Source of the DNA: Syntrophales bacterium
Lineage (GTDB): Bacteria; Desulfobacterota; Syntrophia; Syntrophales; UBA2210
Assembly (NCBI GenBank): GCA_963666365.2
Contig: CAXXNF010000001.1
Span: forward strand, 1 to 64,000
Direction: 5' to 3'
Length of the DNA: 64,000 nucleotides
Position numbers and translations under genes: made by a program. Positions 42,444-51,198 of the stretch are shown one piece after another; the first letter of the stretch is position 1; each line of letters opens with the position of its first letter. Under the pieces are notes generated by a model, which saw only the letters and a list, made by a program, of their open reading frames with translations, was not told the DNA's origin and searched no databases.

Positions 42444-44144
42444 ATGCAGTGTCTTCGTATATTATTGGCATCTTTTATATTACTGGTTATTTGTGCAGGA
42501 CAGGCATTTGCTGAGACAATTAGACCCCTGGCGGAAGAACAACGTCAGGAGTATGTCGCGTTAAGTCCTTTTGAATTTAAGAATGTATTGATTGAGAAAG
42601 CATGTAAGGATGGAAGAGCAATTCTGAATGCAGGTCGCGGAAACCCAAACTTTCTGAACAGGCCTGCGCGTCTCGCCTTTAGCATGCTTCATCGTTTTGC
42701 CGTTGACTGTTCAATTGACAATGCTGCGCCAAAGGATCTTGGATTTTCACCAACAGCATCTGCAGGTATGGCGGACCGTTTCAAGGAATTTCTGATAAAA
42801 GAACAGGATAGGAAAACTGCTGAATTTTTGATCAATGCCATGGTCTATTGTAGGAATAAACTGGCTATTGCTCCTGATACATTTGTGGCCGATATGGTCG
42901 ACGCAATTCTCGGAGATCATTATCCAACACCATCGCGAATGCTGAATACGCCGGCAAACATCGTTGAAGCCTATTTAAAATCCATTCATTTCACGAAGGG
43001 GAAAATCCCTGCAGGTTCATTTGATTTGTTTGCAACGGAAGGTGCTACTGCGGCGATGATCTATGTGTTCACTACACTGAAAGAGAACTTTATTTTGAAG
43101 CCCGGTGATACTATCGCTATTATCACCCCCATTTTTTCTCCCTATCTTGAAATTCCCCTGCTGAATGATTTCGATCTCAAGCCTGTGTATGTAAGCGGTT
43201 CTGAAAATGCGGGCTGGCAGGTTTCAGACAAAGAACTGGATAAATTGAGACACAAGAAAATAAAGGCGCTGTTCATGGTAAATCCGATGAATCCGGGTGC
43301 GGTAAGTATGGATGAGAAAAGCGTCCAGAAAATCGCCACCCTCATCAAGCAAGAACGGTCCGACTTGATTGTGCTGACAGATACCGTCTATTGTCCTTTC
43401 GTCAATGAGTTTCACGATCTCCTTGAGGCGATTCCGCAGAATTGTATAGGCGTCTATTCGTATTCTAAATATTTCGGTGTCACTGGTTGGCGGTTAGGTG
43501 TGATTTTTGTGTATGAGGACAACATTATTGATCAGATGATCGCTGCCCTTCCCTCCCATCAGAAAAGTCTCTTAAACACACGTTATTCTATTGATTCAAC
43601 GGAACCTGTGAAAATCCGTTTCATTGATCGTCTCCTCATGGACAGTCGCGATGTGGCATTGGCACATACGGGTGGACTTTCCACACCACAGCAGTGCATC
43701 ATGTCGCTGTTTGCTTTGTATGATCTCCTGGACAGCGAGCATTCATATAAGAAAAGCATTCAATCGCTGTTGAGGAAAAGGATGGGAAATCTCTACTCAT
43801 CACTGAAAATGGATCCTCCCTCTGGGGCAGAGCATACGCACTATTACAATTTGGTAAATATCCGTACATTGGCGGAGCGCTTGCATGGGGCTGATTTTTC
43901 AAAATACCTGACAGACACTTATTCACCATTTGGTTTTCTGCTGGAGCTGGCGGATCGCTACCAAACGGTTCTATTGCCCGGCGTCGGTTTTGCGGGTCCC
44001 GAGTGGTCGGTACGCGTTTCTCTGGCGAACCTTCCCGATGATGATTATGTTGCAATCAGCAAAAGATTGGTTGCTCTTCTGGATGAATACTTTGCAGGTT
44101 GGCAGCAAAAGGCCTTTCCCAGGGAAAACTCGACCGAAAAGTGA
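42444..44144 (+). CDS. Aspartate 4-(beta)-decarboxylase / aspartate aminotransferase (PLP), with predicted signal peptide
   Basis: LSPFEFK..LI, LNAGRGNPN, FDLFATEGATAAM.Y, YSYSKYFGVTGWRLG, DSRDVALAHTGGLSTPQQ and RVSLANL. Confidence 0.9.
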   Translation: MQCLRILLASFILLVICAGQAFAETIRPLAEEQRQEYVALSPFEFKNVLIEKACKDGRAILNAGRGNPNFLNRPARLAFSMLHRFAVDCSIDNAAPKDLGFSPTASAGMADRFKEFLIKEQDRKTAEFLINAMVYCRNKLAIAPDTFVADMVDAILGDHYPTPSRMLNTPANIVEAYLKSIHFTKGKIPAGSFDLFATEGATAAMIYVFTTLKENFILKPGDTIAIITPIFSPYLEIPLLNDFDLKPVYVSGSENAGWQVSDKELDKLRHKKIKALFMVNPMNPGAVSMDEKSVQKIATLIKQERSDLIVLTDTVYCPFVNEFHDLLEAIPQNCIGVYSYSKYFGVTGWRLGVIFVYEDNIIDQMIAALPSHQKSLLNTRYSIDSTEPVKIRFIDRLLMDSRDVALAHTGGLSTPQQCIMSLFALYDLLDSEHSYKKSIQSLLRKRMGNLYSSLKMDPPSGAEHTHYYNLVNIRTLAERLHGADFSKYLTDTYSPFGFLLELADRYQTVLLPGVGFAGPEWSVRVSLANLPDDDYVAISKRLVALLDEYFAGWQQKAFPRENSTEK

Positions 44145-44153
44145 GCCGGCTGC

Positions 44154-44760
44154 TCAAAAATGGCCGCCGCAAATCCTCATTTGTTCGAACGGTTCCAGGC
44201 CGAAAACGCAGGACGGGGATTTCTCGGTTTCGTCGGTCTCCTTCGACGTTCTCACCTCGACCCGTTCCGCCGGCAGACCTTCGGGACCCGTGATCAGCAT
44301 CTCAAAAGACTGCGCCCTCTCGTGTGCCAGGCGTTCCAGCGCGCCGTGCTTGATCTGTGCTTTCTGCACCAGCTCTTCGAAGATCCGTTGTGCGACCGCG
44401 GCGCGTTCTTTCTCCTTGTCTCTTACAGGCTCTTCCTCGTCCGCTTCTCCTTCATCATCGGCTGCGGACGGTTTCACCTCCTCCTGCAGGACCTTGAATG
44501 CTTCCCTGCCCTGGCGTTCAATGAACAGCTTCTGCAATTTTTCCGTTGTTGCAGAATCGCTGAAATCGAGCGGACCGGGTTCCACCGCTCTCTTTCCGGG
44601 TTCTTCCTTTCCCTCCTCCAGGTCCCGCCTGACCTGGAGATCGCGGATGGCCCGGCCGTCTGCTTCGGCGTGATACCGACCGCTTACAGTAAGTCTCAGT
44701 TGCTGCCGCTGAAGCAGCGTTTCCGCGAGTTTCGCGAGTTTTTCCCGCGCCGGAGGTGTT
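44154..44760 (-). pseudogene. 5'-truncated fragment of a DUF748/OmpA-like C-terminal region
   Basis: The frame upstream of ORF 44154-44585 reads PPAREKLAKLAETLLQRQQLRLTVSGRYHAEAD...EPGPLDFSD...LERLAHERA. Stops lie immediately upstream and there is no start codon. Confidence 0.6.
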
Positions 44761-44892
44761 CGCGGTGATGTGAGTCCTGCCCTTGTTCAGGTTCAAGATT
44801 TCGAAATACCAGGGATGTGTCCGGTCGGCATTGGCATTATACTGCAAAGTAACACAGTTGTTTGAGCAGCGTACCGGGAATAAAATAACAAC

Positions 44893-44971
44893 ATTTCTCG
44901 CAGAGGCGCAGGGGCGCTGAGGACAAACCAATAAAAATAGTTTTTCTCTGCGAACTCGGCGTCTTGCGGGA
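44893..44971. repeat. REP-like palindrome (CGCAGAGGCGCAG...CTCTGCG type)
   Basis: tctcgcagaggcgcagggg ... ctctgcgaactcggcgtcttgcggga. Confidence 0.55.
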
Positions 44972-45066
44972 TAAAATGAATACGTTGCTTAGAAGCTCCG
45001 CTATGCCGAACTATCGGCATTACAATAGGAAGTAACCTGTGATCGATGAAATCCGCCTTCCTCTGG

Positions 45067-45224
45067 ACATTTCGTTCAACGGTGTTTCACATTTCATCGA
45101 ATGGGGGTGTGCAACGCTCCCGAGTTTGCGTCCGTCCCCGTTCCGGTTTAATCAAATATCATCAATAATAACGAGCATATAAAAAATATTATGAACGGAT
45201 GCCCGCTTTGGCACGGTTCTTCCT
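45067..45224 (+). promoter_or_regulatory. sigma54-like promoter plus conserved upstream element (copy 1)
   Basis: TTGGCACGGTTCTTCC at 45208. CGTTCAA.GG...TTTCATCGAATG about 110 bp upstream is shared with copy 2. Confidence 0.55.
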
Positions 45225-45272
45225 ACATCATAAGGCAAAGACAAACGAACACACCAAAAGGAGGAAAAGGAT

Positions 45273-45548
45273 ATGAAACGGACACTTCAGACACTGATCA
45301 TGGCGGTCTTCGTGGTTCTGATTACGGCATCCTTCAGCTTTGCCGAGTATGTGGCATCGACGGCGGGGAATTTCCCCTACTTCCAGCTGGGCTGCCTGGT
45401 GGTGGGCGGTCTGATCATCACCTCTCTGAAGCACAAATACTCCAAGATCTACATGAGCGAAGCCGTCGGTTCCTTCGCGCTCTACGCGGTGCTGGTGGCG
45501 CTCTTCACGGCCCCGGTGGTGGATGCGCTGAAGGCCCTGGTCAGCTAG
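45273..45548 (+). CDS. Small membrane protein, 91 aa (copy 1)
   Basis: AGGAGG RBS; signal-like N-terminus plus 2 TM; 87/91 identical to 48761-49036. Confidence 0.85.
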   Translation: MKRTLQTLIMAVFVVLITASFSFAEYVASTAGNFPYFQLGCLVVGGLIITSLKHKYSKIYMSEAVGSFALYAVLVALFTAPVVDALKALVS

Positions 45549-45612
45549 GAAAAGAAGATACGGATTCACCCTGCCCCAAGGGCGGGCATCCTCGGAAAGG
45601 AGGACAACGACA

Positions 45613-45867
45613 ATGACAGTACTACGACATCATCTGCATCATAGGCATCATATGGAGGACAGAGCGAACTACACGTCGGTCTTCATGATAAGCGTGTGGG
45701 GATTTGTGATCGCCATTTCGTCCTTCCTCTTTCTCTATGCGGGGTACTGGCTTGACCAGCAGTTCGGTTCCGCGCCGACCTTCATGCTGGGACTCTTCTT
45801 TCTCGGGGTATTCCTCTGCGTGGGTCGCCTCTACTGGGAAGTCTGGGTGAGACGGGGAAAGGACTAG
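45613..45867 (+). CDS. AtpZ/AtpI-like (ATPase gene 1) small membrane protein (copy 1)
   Basis: AGGAGG RBS; AGYWLDQQFGSAP.FMLGLFFLG motif. Confidence 0.78.
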   Translation: MTVLRHHLHHRHHMEDRANYTSVFMISVWGFVIAISSFLFLYAGYWLDQQFGSAPTFMLGLFFLGVFLCVGRLYWEVWVRRGKD

Positions 45868-45916
45868 ACCCTGCCGGCGGCGCCGGTTGCCTCGTCGATA
45901 AAACCCGGGTATATAT

Positions 45917-45953
45917 AATCCCCCCTTTTGATGGAAAAAGGGGGGATTTTTTT
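45917..45953 (+). terminator. Intrinsic terminator
   Basis: AATCCCCCCTTTT-loop-AAAAGGGGGGATT followed by a T-run. Confidence 0.8.
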
Positions 45954-45964
45954 GTGTCTTGGGA

Positions 45965-46157
45965 GGTGATGTGTTACTGACAATGCCATATCGTATGCGA
46001 TAACTTATTATATTTACTCACTGCTTCCTCCTTTTCCTTTTATTGCAGCTCACAACTCTGAGCAAGGATAGCAGTGTGGGCCGCCTATTTGGCCATACCC
46101 ATTCGGGACTGGCACAGCCAATCCCACATGACCACACCCACAGGGTGTGGGTTTCCA
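45965..46157 (-). mobile_element. IS200/IS605-family left-end remnant with truncated tnpA
   Basis: Perfect hairpin CCACACCC-ACA-GGGTGTGG (46132-46150). AGGAGG RBS, then GTG 46021 reads MSKYNKLSHTIWHCQ*HI, matching the TnpA N-terminus (LSHTxWxCxYHI) with a premature stop. Confidence 0.72.
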
Positions 46158-46670
46158 GAATCAACTAAAATATCGTTGTATAAGAAGAATGTTCCCATGG
46201 CGCAATTTTATAATCTCCTCCAATCAGTCCTGATTCTTTGCCTCTTGATACTGTGTACGAATTGGCTAAAACAACGCTGCATTGTCTCGCAGGTACATGC
46301 GTTTGCAGGAAATGCCGATGCGATGATGGATGGAATGATTATCGGCGAGTTCGGTGCATGTGCATCCCCGCATTTACGAACGGCTCTTCCTTTGCGTTTT
46401 TGCAATGATAAATCAATAAGGACACTTGAAATGGACCTTTTCATGCCCATTCGCGGAAGCCGCAGAGGCAGCAGAGGCGCACTTTTCCTCGTGTTCGATA
46501 ATGCCGCCGCGCGGATTTGGGCAACAGCTCGTTGACGCCCGACTCCATTTCTATCTATTCTGGAGCCGGCGAAGCATTAATGCTACCCAAAAGAGTTCAT
46601 ATTCAAAGAATGATGTTATGAATGCTATGACCATCTCTGCCTTTTTTCTCTTGTTAATACTGTATTCATT

Positions 46671-46800
46671 GCATACCGAAAAAGTCAGCGACGTGGCCTG
46701 TCTGGGAGGTAGGGAGATACCAATCACGCTGGGCGATGCAGCGGGCCGAAAACAGCCGGATACACCGCAACGTTCTCTGCACTGCACTGGCTTGTTATGC
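46671..46800 (-). other. attC-like integron recombination site (130 bp, R' core mutated to GGTATGC)
   Basis: Minus strand reads GCATAAC AAGCCAGTGCAG ... GTCGCTGACTTTTTC GGTATGC. The R'' box overlaps the stop codon, and the L boxes GTGCAG/CTGAC pair with one extra base. Confidence 0.72.
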
Positions 46801-47160
46801 ATTTTTTAAGAATTCAATGGCTGAGTCTTGTTCTTCGGTTGAGAAACACTTCATTTCAATATTCTTGAATATCCTGCCCTCAATATTTACAATCATTTCT
46901 ATCCACTTTTTGTCAGTTATTACTGCTGCTTTCTTTATATTTGATATTCCAACCTTAAATATATATTCGAACTCATCTACTATTGCCGATAGTTCGATAC
47001 CCTCAAATGAATCGATTCTCTCAAAAAGAACAATGTTGCCATATTGCTCAATTTTTTTCTTTGCATCAGAAAGAACCAAAGACATCTCTCTTTCTGTAAT
47101 TTTTCCTGACATACAGAAAGCAACAGCATTATCAATTCCAATTTCCATCGTTTTTAACAT
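46795..47160 (-). CDS. STAS/SEC14 (SpoIIAA-like) domain protein, gene cassette
   Basis: VAFCMSGKITERE...IKKAAVITDKKWI...EMKCFSTEEQDSAIEFL; low GC; GGAG RBS. Confidence 0.82.
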   Translation of the reverse strand: MLKTMEIGIDNAVAFCMSGKITEREMSLVLSDAKKKIEQYGNIVLFERIDSFEGIELSAIVDEFEYIFKVGISNIKKAAVITDKKWIEMIVNIEGRIFKNIEMKCFSTEEQDSAIEFLKNA

Positions 47161-47187
47161 AATTATCTCCTTTCCATCAGTCTGGAT

Positions 47188-47229
47188 GCATAACAATCAA
47201 GCTCACCGACGGCAATGGAGCGCAGCGGC
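47188..47229 (-). other. 3' half of an upstream attC-like site
   Basis: Minus strand CCGCTGCGCTCCATTGCCGTCGGTGAGCTTGATT-GTTATGC. The core GTTATGC is the exact complement of the GCATAAC at the cassette end. Confidence 0.65.
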
Positions 47230-47374
47230 AGATATAATATTTTCTTCAACCATTATTGTTTGATCAAATAAGTCATGATATCTTCATACCGGCTTGCAGG
47301 TCGGTATCTTCTGCCCTACAAGGTTAAAAGAAAAAGTGAGAAAGATCATTTATGCCCTTCCCACGTTACAGAGT

Positions 47375-47659
47375 CATACCTTTTATTCCCTGGGACTTTG
47401 TCTCAGGGAAGCAACGACACTGCAAGTTGGAAACATTCTTTCCGATCGGGGTCTGGTTCACATCCATGCGGGGAAAGGGTCGCTGGATCGGACAGTCCCC
47501 TTACCCAAAATCACCCTTTTAGTTTTACGTGAGTACCATAAAAGTAACCGCAATCCAGAATGGATCTTTACTGCTTGGGTCACAACGGAGGCAAAAATGC
47601 ACAATTTGCAAAAGCACATGTCAGCGACAGCGTCGGAATATCCAGCCAAGGGGAGGTAA
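47375..47659 (+). pseudogene. Tyrosine recombinase/integrase fragment
   Basis: YSLGLCLREATTLQVGNI...VHIHAGKGSLDRTVPLP...RNPEWIF. Box I Arg is replaced by Cys, and the HxLRH/Tyr C-terminal region is absent. Confidence 0.75.
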
Positions 47660-47746
47660 TGGGTTCAGGCCGTTGACTATTGACTGGATGTGGAGACGAT
47701 TCGTTAATCTCAGTCAATAGTCAAGGTCCGATCACCAATAGACCCC
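47659..47746. repeat. Short inverted-repeat element (MITE-like)
   Basis: Perfect 14-bp IR TTGACTATTGACTG (47673-47686) / CAGTCAATAGTCAA (47711-47724), with weaker outer GGGTTCAGG...GACCCC arms. Confidence 0.7.
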
Positions 47747-47757
47747 CTAAATATATA

Positions 47758-47798
47758 TTGACCACATGTATGGCATGTATTAGTATGTAACACATGTA
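47758..47798 (+). promoter_or_regulatory. sigma70 promoter/operator of the TA operon
   Basis: TTGACC-N17-TAGTAT overlapped by four ATGTA repeats, including two ACATGT palindromes. Confidence 0.7.
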
Positions 47799-47820
47799 AA
47801 ATAAATTTCGAGGTTACACG

Positions 47821-48039
47821 ATGTCTAAAATATTAAATATCCGACTTACCGATGAAATATCGGCACGTCTCGACTATCTGGCCGAAAAAACAAAACGTCC
47901 TAAAAGCTTCTACATAAAAGAAATGCTCGAGCAGCATCTTTCTGAGTACGAGGACGCCTACCTTGCCCTTGATCGCCTGAATGACAGAAACGCCAGGTAT
48001 TTATCGACAGAAGACGTGGAGAAGATCCTTGATCTATAG
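47821..48039 (+). CDS. RHH antitoxin (RelB/CopG-like)
   Basis: LNIRLTDEISARLDYLAEKTKRPKSFYIKE...YEDAYLALDRL. Confidence 0.88.
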   Translation: MSKILNIRLTDEISARLDYLAEKTKRPKSFYIKEMLEQHLSEYEDAYLALDRLNDRNARYLSTEDVEKILDL

Positions 48040-48304
48040 TATCAAATGGCATGAAAAGGCAATTAAGGATCTTCAAAAGATTGACAGCCAAAAGCAAAAA
48101 AAGGTCGTGGACAGGATAAAAAACTATCTTTCAAAAGATCCTCTTGGTTTAGGAAAGCCACTCAAGGGAATCTTCAAGGGCCTGTATCGTTACCGTTATG
48201 GATCGTACCGGATAGTATACGCCATCGACAGAAATGCTTTGATTATATTGATATTAAGAATAGCGGACAGGAAAGGTGTGTACAAAGATCCCACCCTTAA
48301 ATAA
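48029..48304 (+). CDS. RelE/ParE-family toxin
   Basis: TTG start overlapping the antitoxin; AIKDLQKID...GKPLKG.FKGLYRYRYGSYRIVYAI...IADRKGVY. Confidence 0.9.
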   Translation: MIYSIKWHEKAIKDLQKIDSQKQKKVVDRIKNYLSKDPLGLGKPLKGIFKGLYRYRYGSYRIVYAIDRNALIILILRIADRKGVYKDPTLK

Positions 48305-48371
48305 AACGCTGCCGGACCTTCGTCTTTTATGGGAGAAATTAGTATTGATGTCCCCTTAATTTCCATGAAGC

Positions 48372-48405
48372 AAAAAATCCCTCCTTTTGAATAAAGAAGG
48401 GATTT
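48372..48405. terminator. Probable bidirectional terminator between relE and module copy 2
   Basis: AAAAAATCCCTCCTTT-loop-AAAGAAGGGATTT. Confidence 0.65.
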
Positions 48406-48450
48406 CACGTTACGCTTTCGTTTGTGAGACAACCGGCGCTTCGGCAGGGA

Positions 48451-48696
48451 TTATCCCTTCCCCCGTCTCACCCAGACTTCCCAGTATAGACGACCCACAC
48501 AGAGGAACACCCCGAGAAAGAAGAGACCCAGCATGAAGCTCGGCGCCGAACCGAACTGCTGATCAAGCCAGTATCCCGCATAGAGAAACAGGAAGGATGA
48601 AATCACGATCACGAATCCCCACACGCTTATCATAAATACCGACGTGTAGTTCGATCTGTCCTCTATCCGGTGCATATGTTCTCTCAATATTGTCAT
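48451..48696 (-). CDS. AtpZ/AtpI-like small membrane protein (copy 2)
   Basis: Near-identical to 45613-45867. Confidence 0.78.
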   Translation of the reverse strand: MTILREHMHRIEDRSNYTSVFMISVWGFVIVISSFLFLYAGYWLDQQFGSAPSFMLGLFFLGVFLCVGRLYWEVWVRRGKG

Positions 48697-48760
48697 TGCC
48701 TTTTTCCTCCTTTCCGAGGATGCCTGCCTTGATGGCAGGTGAAGTGCGCTTTTTCTATAT

Positions 48761-49036
48761 CTAACTGACCAATGCTTTTAATCCGTCGATAACCGGGGTC
48801 GTGAACAGGGCAACCAGCACTGCATACAGTGCAAAGGAACCGACGGCTTCGCTCATGTAAATCTTGGAATATTTGTGTTTGAGTGACGTGATGATCAGAC
48901 CGCCCACCACCAGGCAGCCCAACTGAAAATAGGGGAAGTTGCCTGCAGTGCTCGCCACATACTCGGCAAAGCTGAAGGATGCCGTAATCAATACCACAAA
49001 TGCTGCCATGATCAGTGTCTGAAGTGTTCGTTTCAT
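48761..49036 (-). CDS. Small membrane protein, 91 aa (copy 2)
   Basis: AGGAGG RBS; 87/91 identical to 45273-45548. Confidence 0.85.
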   Translation of the reverse strand: MKRTLQTLIMAAFVVLITASFSFAEYVASTAGNFPYFQLGCLVVGGLIITSLKHKYSKIYMSEAVGSFALYAVLVALFTTPVIDGLKALVS

Positions 49037-49083
49037 TTTTTGTTCCTCCTTTTGGGTTTGTTCTTGTCTTTGTCTTTTGATAA

Positions 49084-49245
49084 TGGAAAAACCGTGCCAA
49101 AGGCGGGACAAAGAAAAATATATTTAATATATAGCTAATATTATAAGCATTATTTTACACAGAACAGCCGGAGGGAAGGTTTGAAATAGGGCGCTCTTCG
49201 TCCATGCATTCGATGAAACGTTGAGTGCCATTGAACGGAATATCG
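49084..49245 (-). promoter_or_regulatory. sigma54-like promoter plus conserved upstream element (copy 2)
   Basis: Minus strand TTGGCACGGTTTTTCC and CGTTCAATGG...TTTCATCGAATG. Confidence 0.55.
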
Positions 49246-49446
49246 ATTGGAGACTGGGTTAGTTGTCGACTGTCTCTTTGCAGCCTCGCTTCGCTTCCGG
49301 TTGGCCTCTTTCTGGATGCGCCGGTTTTTATGGTGCAAGAAAGTAAATAAGCCCAATTTTTCATTCACGCGGGTTACACAGCGGTTACACAAACTCAATA
49401 CCAAAAAAGGCCTTACATCAAAAAACGACGTAACCCCTTGATTTTA

Positions 49447-49523
49447 TGGTACGCCCAGAAGGATTCGAACCTTCGACCTTCGGATTCGTAGTCCGACGCT
49501 CTATCCAGCTGAGCCATGGGCGC
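49447..49523 (-). tRNA. tRNA-Arg (ACG)
   Basis: Cloverleaf GCGCCCA...TCGGA-CTACGAA-TCCGA...GGTTCGAATCC...TGGGCGTACCA. Confidence 0.96.
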
Positions 49524-49541
49524 ACGCTTTTTTTATTAATA

Positions 49542-49635
<94 letters not shown>

Positions 49636-49661
49636 GCTGGGTTTCCCGAACATATATATAC

Positions 49662-49747
49662 TGGCGGAGGGAGCAGGATTCGAACCCGCGAACCTTTCGG
49701 TTAACGGTTTTCAAGACCGCCGCCTTCGACCTCTCGGCCATCCCTCC
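49662..49747 (-). tRNA. tRNA-Ser (TGA)
   Basis: GGAGGGA...GCGGT-CTTGAAA-ACCGT, variable arm, TTCGAATCC, CCA end. Confidence 0.96.
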
Positions 49748-49792
49748 GACTCTTTCTGTGAACCAACTGCCTTTTGCAAAAGAAGTTGAAGT

Positions 49793-51073
49793 TTACTTAA
49801 TGGGAACGATCCTGTCAACTCCATTCATGTAGGGAATAAGCGCATCGGGAATTTTTACCGATCCGTCTTTTTGCTGGTAGTTTTCCAGCACCGCGACGAA
49901 GGTTCTCCCCACGGCAAGACCGGAACCATTCAAGGTATGCACATGTTCAACCTTGCCCGTATCCTCGCGGCGATAGCGAATGCCTGCCCTTCTCGCCTGA
50001 AAATCCTCGAAATTACTGCACGAGGATATTTCCCGGTAGGCGTCCTGTCCGGGCATCCAGGCTTCTACATCATAGGTTTTGGCAGAGGAAAATCCCAGAT
50101 CTCCCGTACAAAGATTCACCGTACGATAGGCTATGCCCAGTCTTCGCAGAACTTCCTCCGCATTCAGGGTCAGTTTTTCCAGTTCATCATAGGAGCTGTC
50201 CGGTTTGGAAAACTTTACCATTTCCACCTTGTTAAACTGGTGCTGACGGATCAATCCCCGCGTATCCTTCCCGTATGAACCTGCCTCGGCGCGGAAACAT
50301 GCCGAATAGGATACGTAATAGATGGGAAGATCCTTTTCATCCAGTATTTCTCCATTGTGGAGGTTTGTCACGGGAACCTCCGCCGTGGGTATGAGGAAAT
50401 AATCGGTCCCGGCGATTTTAAAAAGATCCTCTTCGAACTTGGGCAACTGCCCCGTGCCGGTCATCGCCTCGCGATTCACCATGTAGGGGGTCAGTATCTC
50501 CGTGTACCCATGATCCTGGGTATGAAGATCGAGCATGAAGTTTATCAATGCCCGCTCCAACCGGGCGCCGGCGCCCCGGTAGACCGCAAAGCGGGCGCCT
50601 GCAATCTTGGCAGCCCTGCCGAAATCGAGAATATTGAGGCTTTCTCCTATTTCCCAGTGCGGTCGCGGCTCGAAATCAAAGACAGGTTTTTCTCCCCAGG
50701 TCCTGACAACGGGATTGTCCTCTTCGCCGGTCCCCATGGGCACCGATGCGTGAGGAATATTGGGAATCACCATGACCAGACTCGAGAGTTGCCCCTCAAT
50801 CCCTTTCAGTTCTTCCTCGAGTTCCTTTATTCTTGCCGACACAGAACCCATTTGTTCAATCAGTTCATCGGCATTTTCCTTTTCCTTTTTTCTCCGACCG
50901 ATCTCTTTCGACACGCTGTTCCGCTCGCTTCGAAGCCCCTCCACCTCCTGAAGGACATCCCGCCGCTTCTGATCGTAGCGGGAAAAGCCGTCCAGATCGA
51001 AATCGGTTCCCCGCTCGCCCAGCTTTTTGCTCACGAAATCGAGGTTTTCTCGTACATATTTTATATCTAGCAT
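49793..51073 (-). CDS. serS: Serine--tRNA ligase
   Basis: [55 protein letters not shown] and HTLNGSGLA. Confidence 0.98.
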   Translation of the reverse strand: MLDIKYVRENLDFVSKKLGERGTDFDLDGFSRYDQKRRDVLQEVEGLRSERNSVSKEIGRRKKEKENADELIEQMGSVSARIKELEEELKGIEGQLSSLVMVIPNIPHASVPMGTGEEDNPVVRTWGEKPVFDFEPRPHWEIGESLNILDFGRAAKIAGARFAVYRGAGARLERALINFMLDLHTQDHGYTEILTPYMVNREAMTGTGQLPKFEEDLFKIAGTDYFLIPTAEVPVTNLHNGEILDEKDLPIYYVSYSACFRAEAGSYGKDTRGLIRQHQFNKVEMVKFSKPDSSYDELEKLTLNAEEVLRRLGIAYRTVNLCTGDLGFSSAKTYDVEAWMPGQDAYREISSCSNFEDFQARRAGIRYRREDTGKVEHVHTLNGSGLAVGRTFVAVLENYQQKDGSVKIPDALIPYMNGVDRIVPIK

Positions 51074-51198
51074 ATGCGCTCTTCCATTTCTTGCTGTTGC
51101 GGGTTCCCTCACTATCATTTCGATCCGCGCAAGTCAATATCTTTGTCCCTGCGTTCTTTTACATGTCGGCGGTGCAATGGATAGGAACGATATGTTTT

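Noticed and set aside
46160..46670. Possible second integron cassette downstream of the attC
   Set aside because: Only short broken ORFs and no clear closing attC.
45273..49036. Composite transposon interpretation of the inverted duplication
   Set aside because: The arms encode membrane proteins rather than transposases, and I saw no terminal IRs or target duplication.
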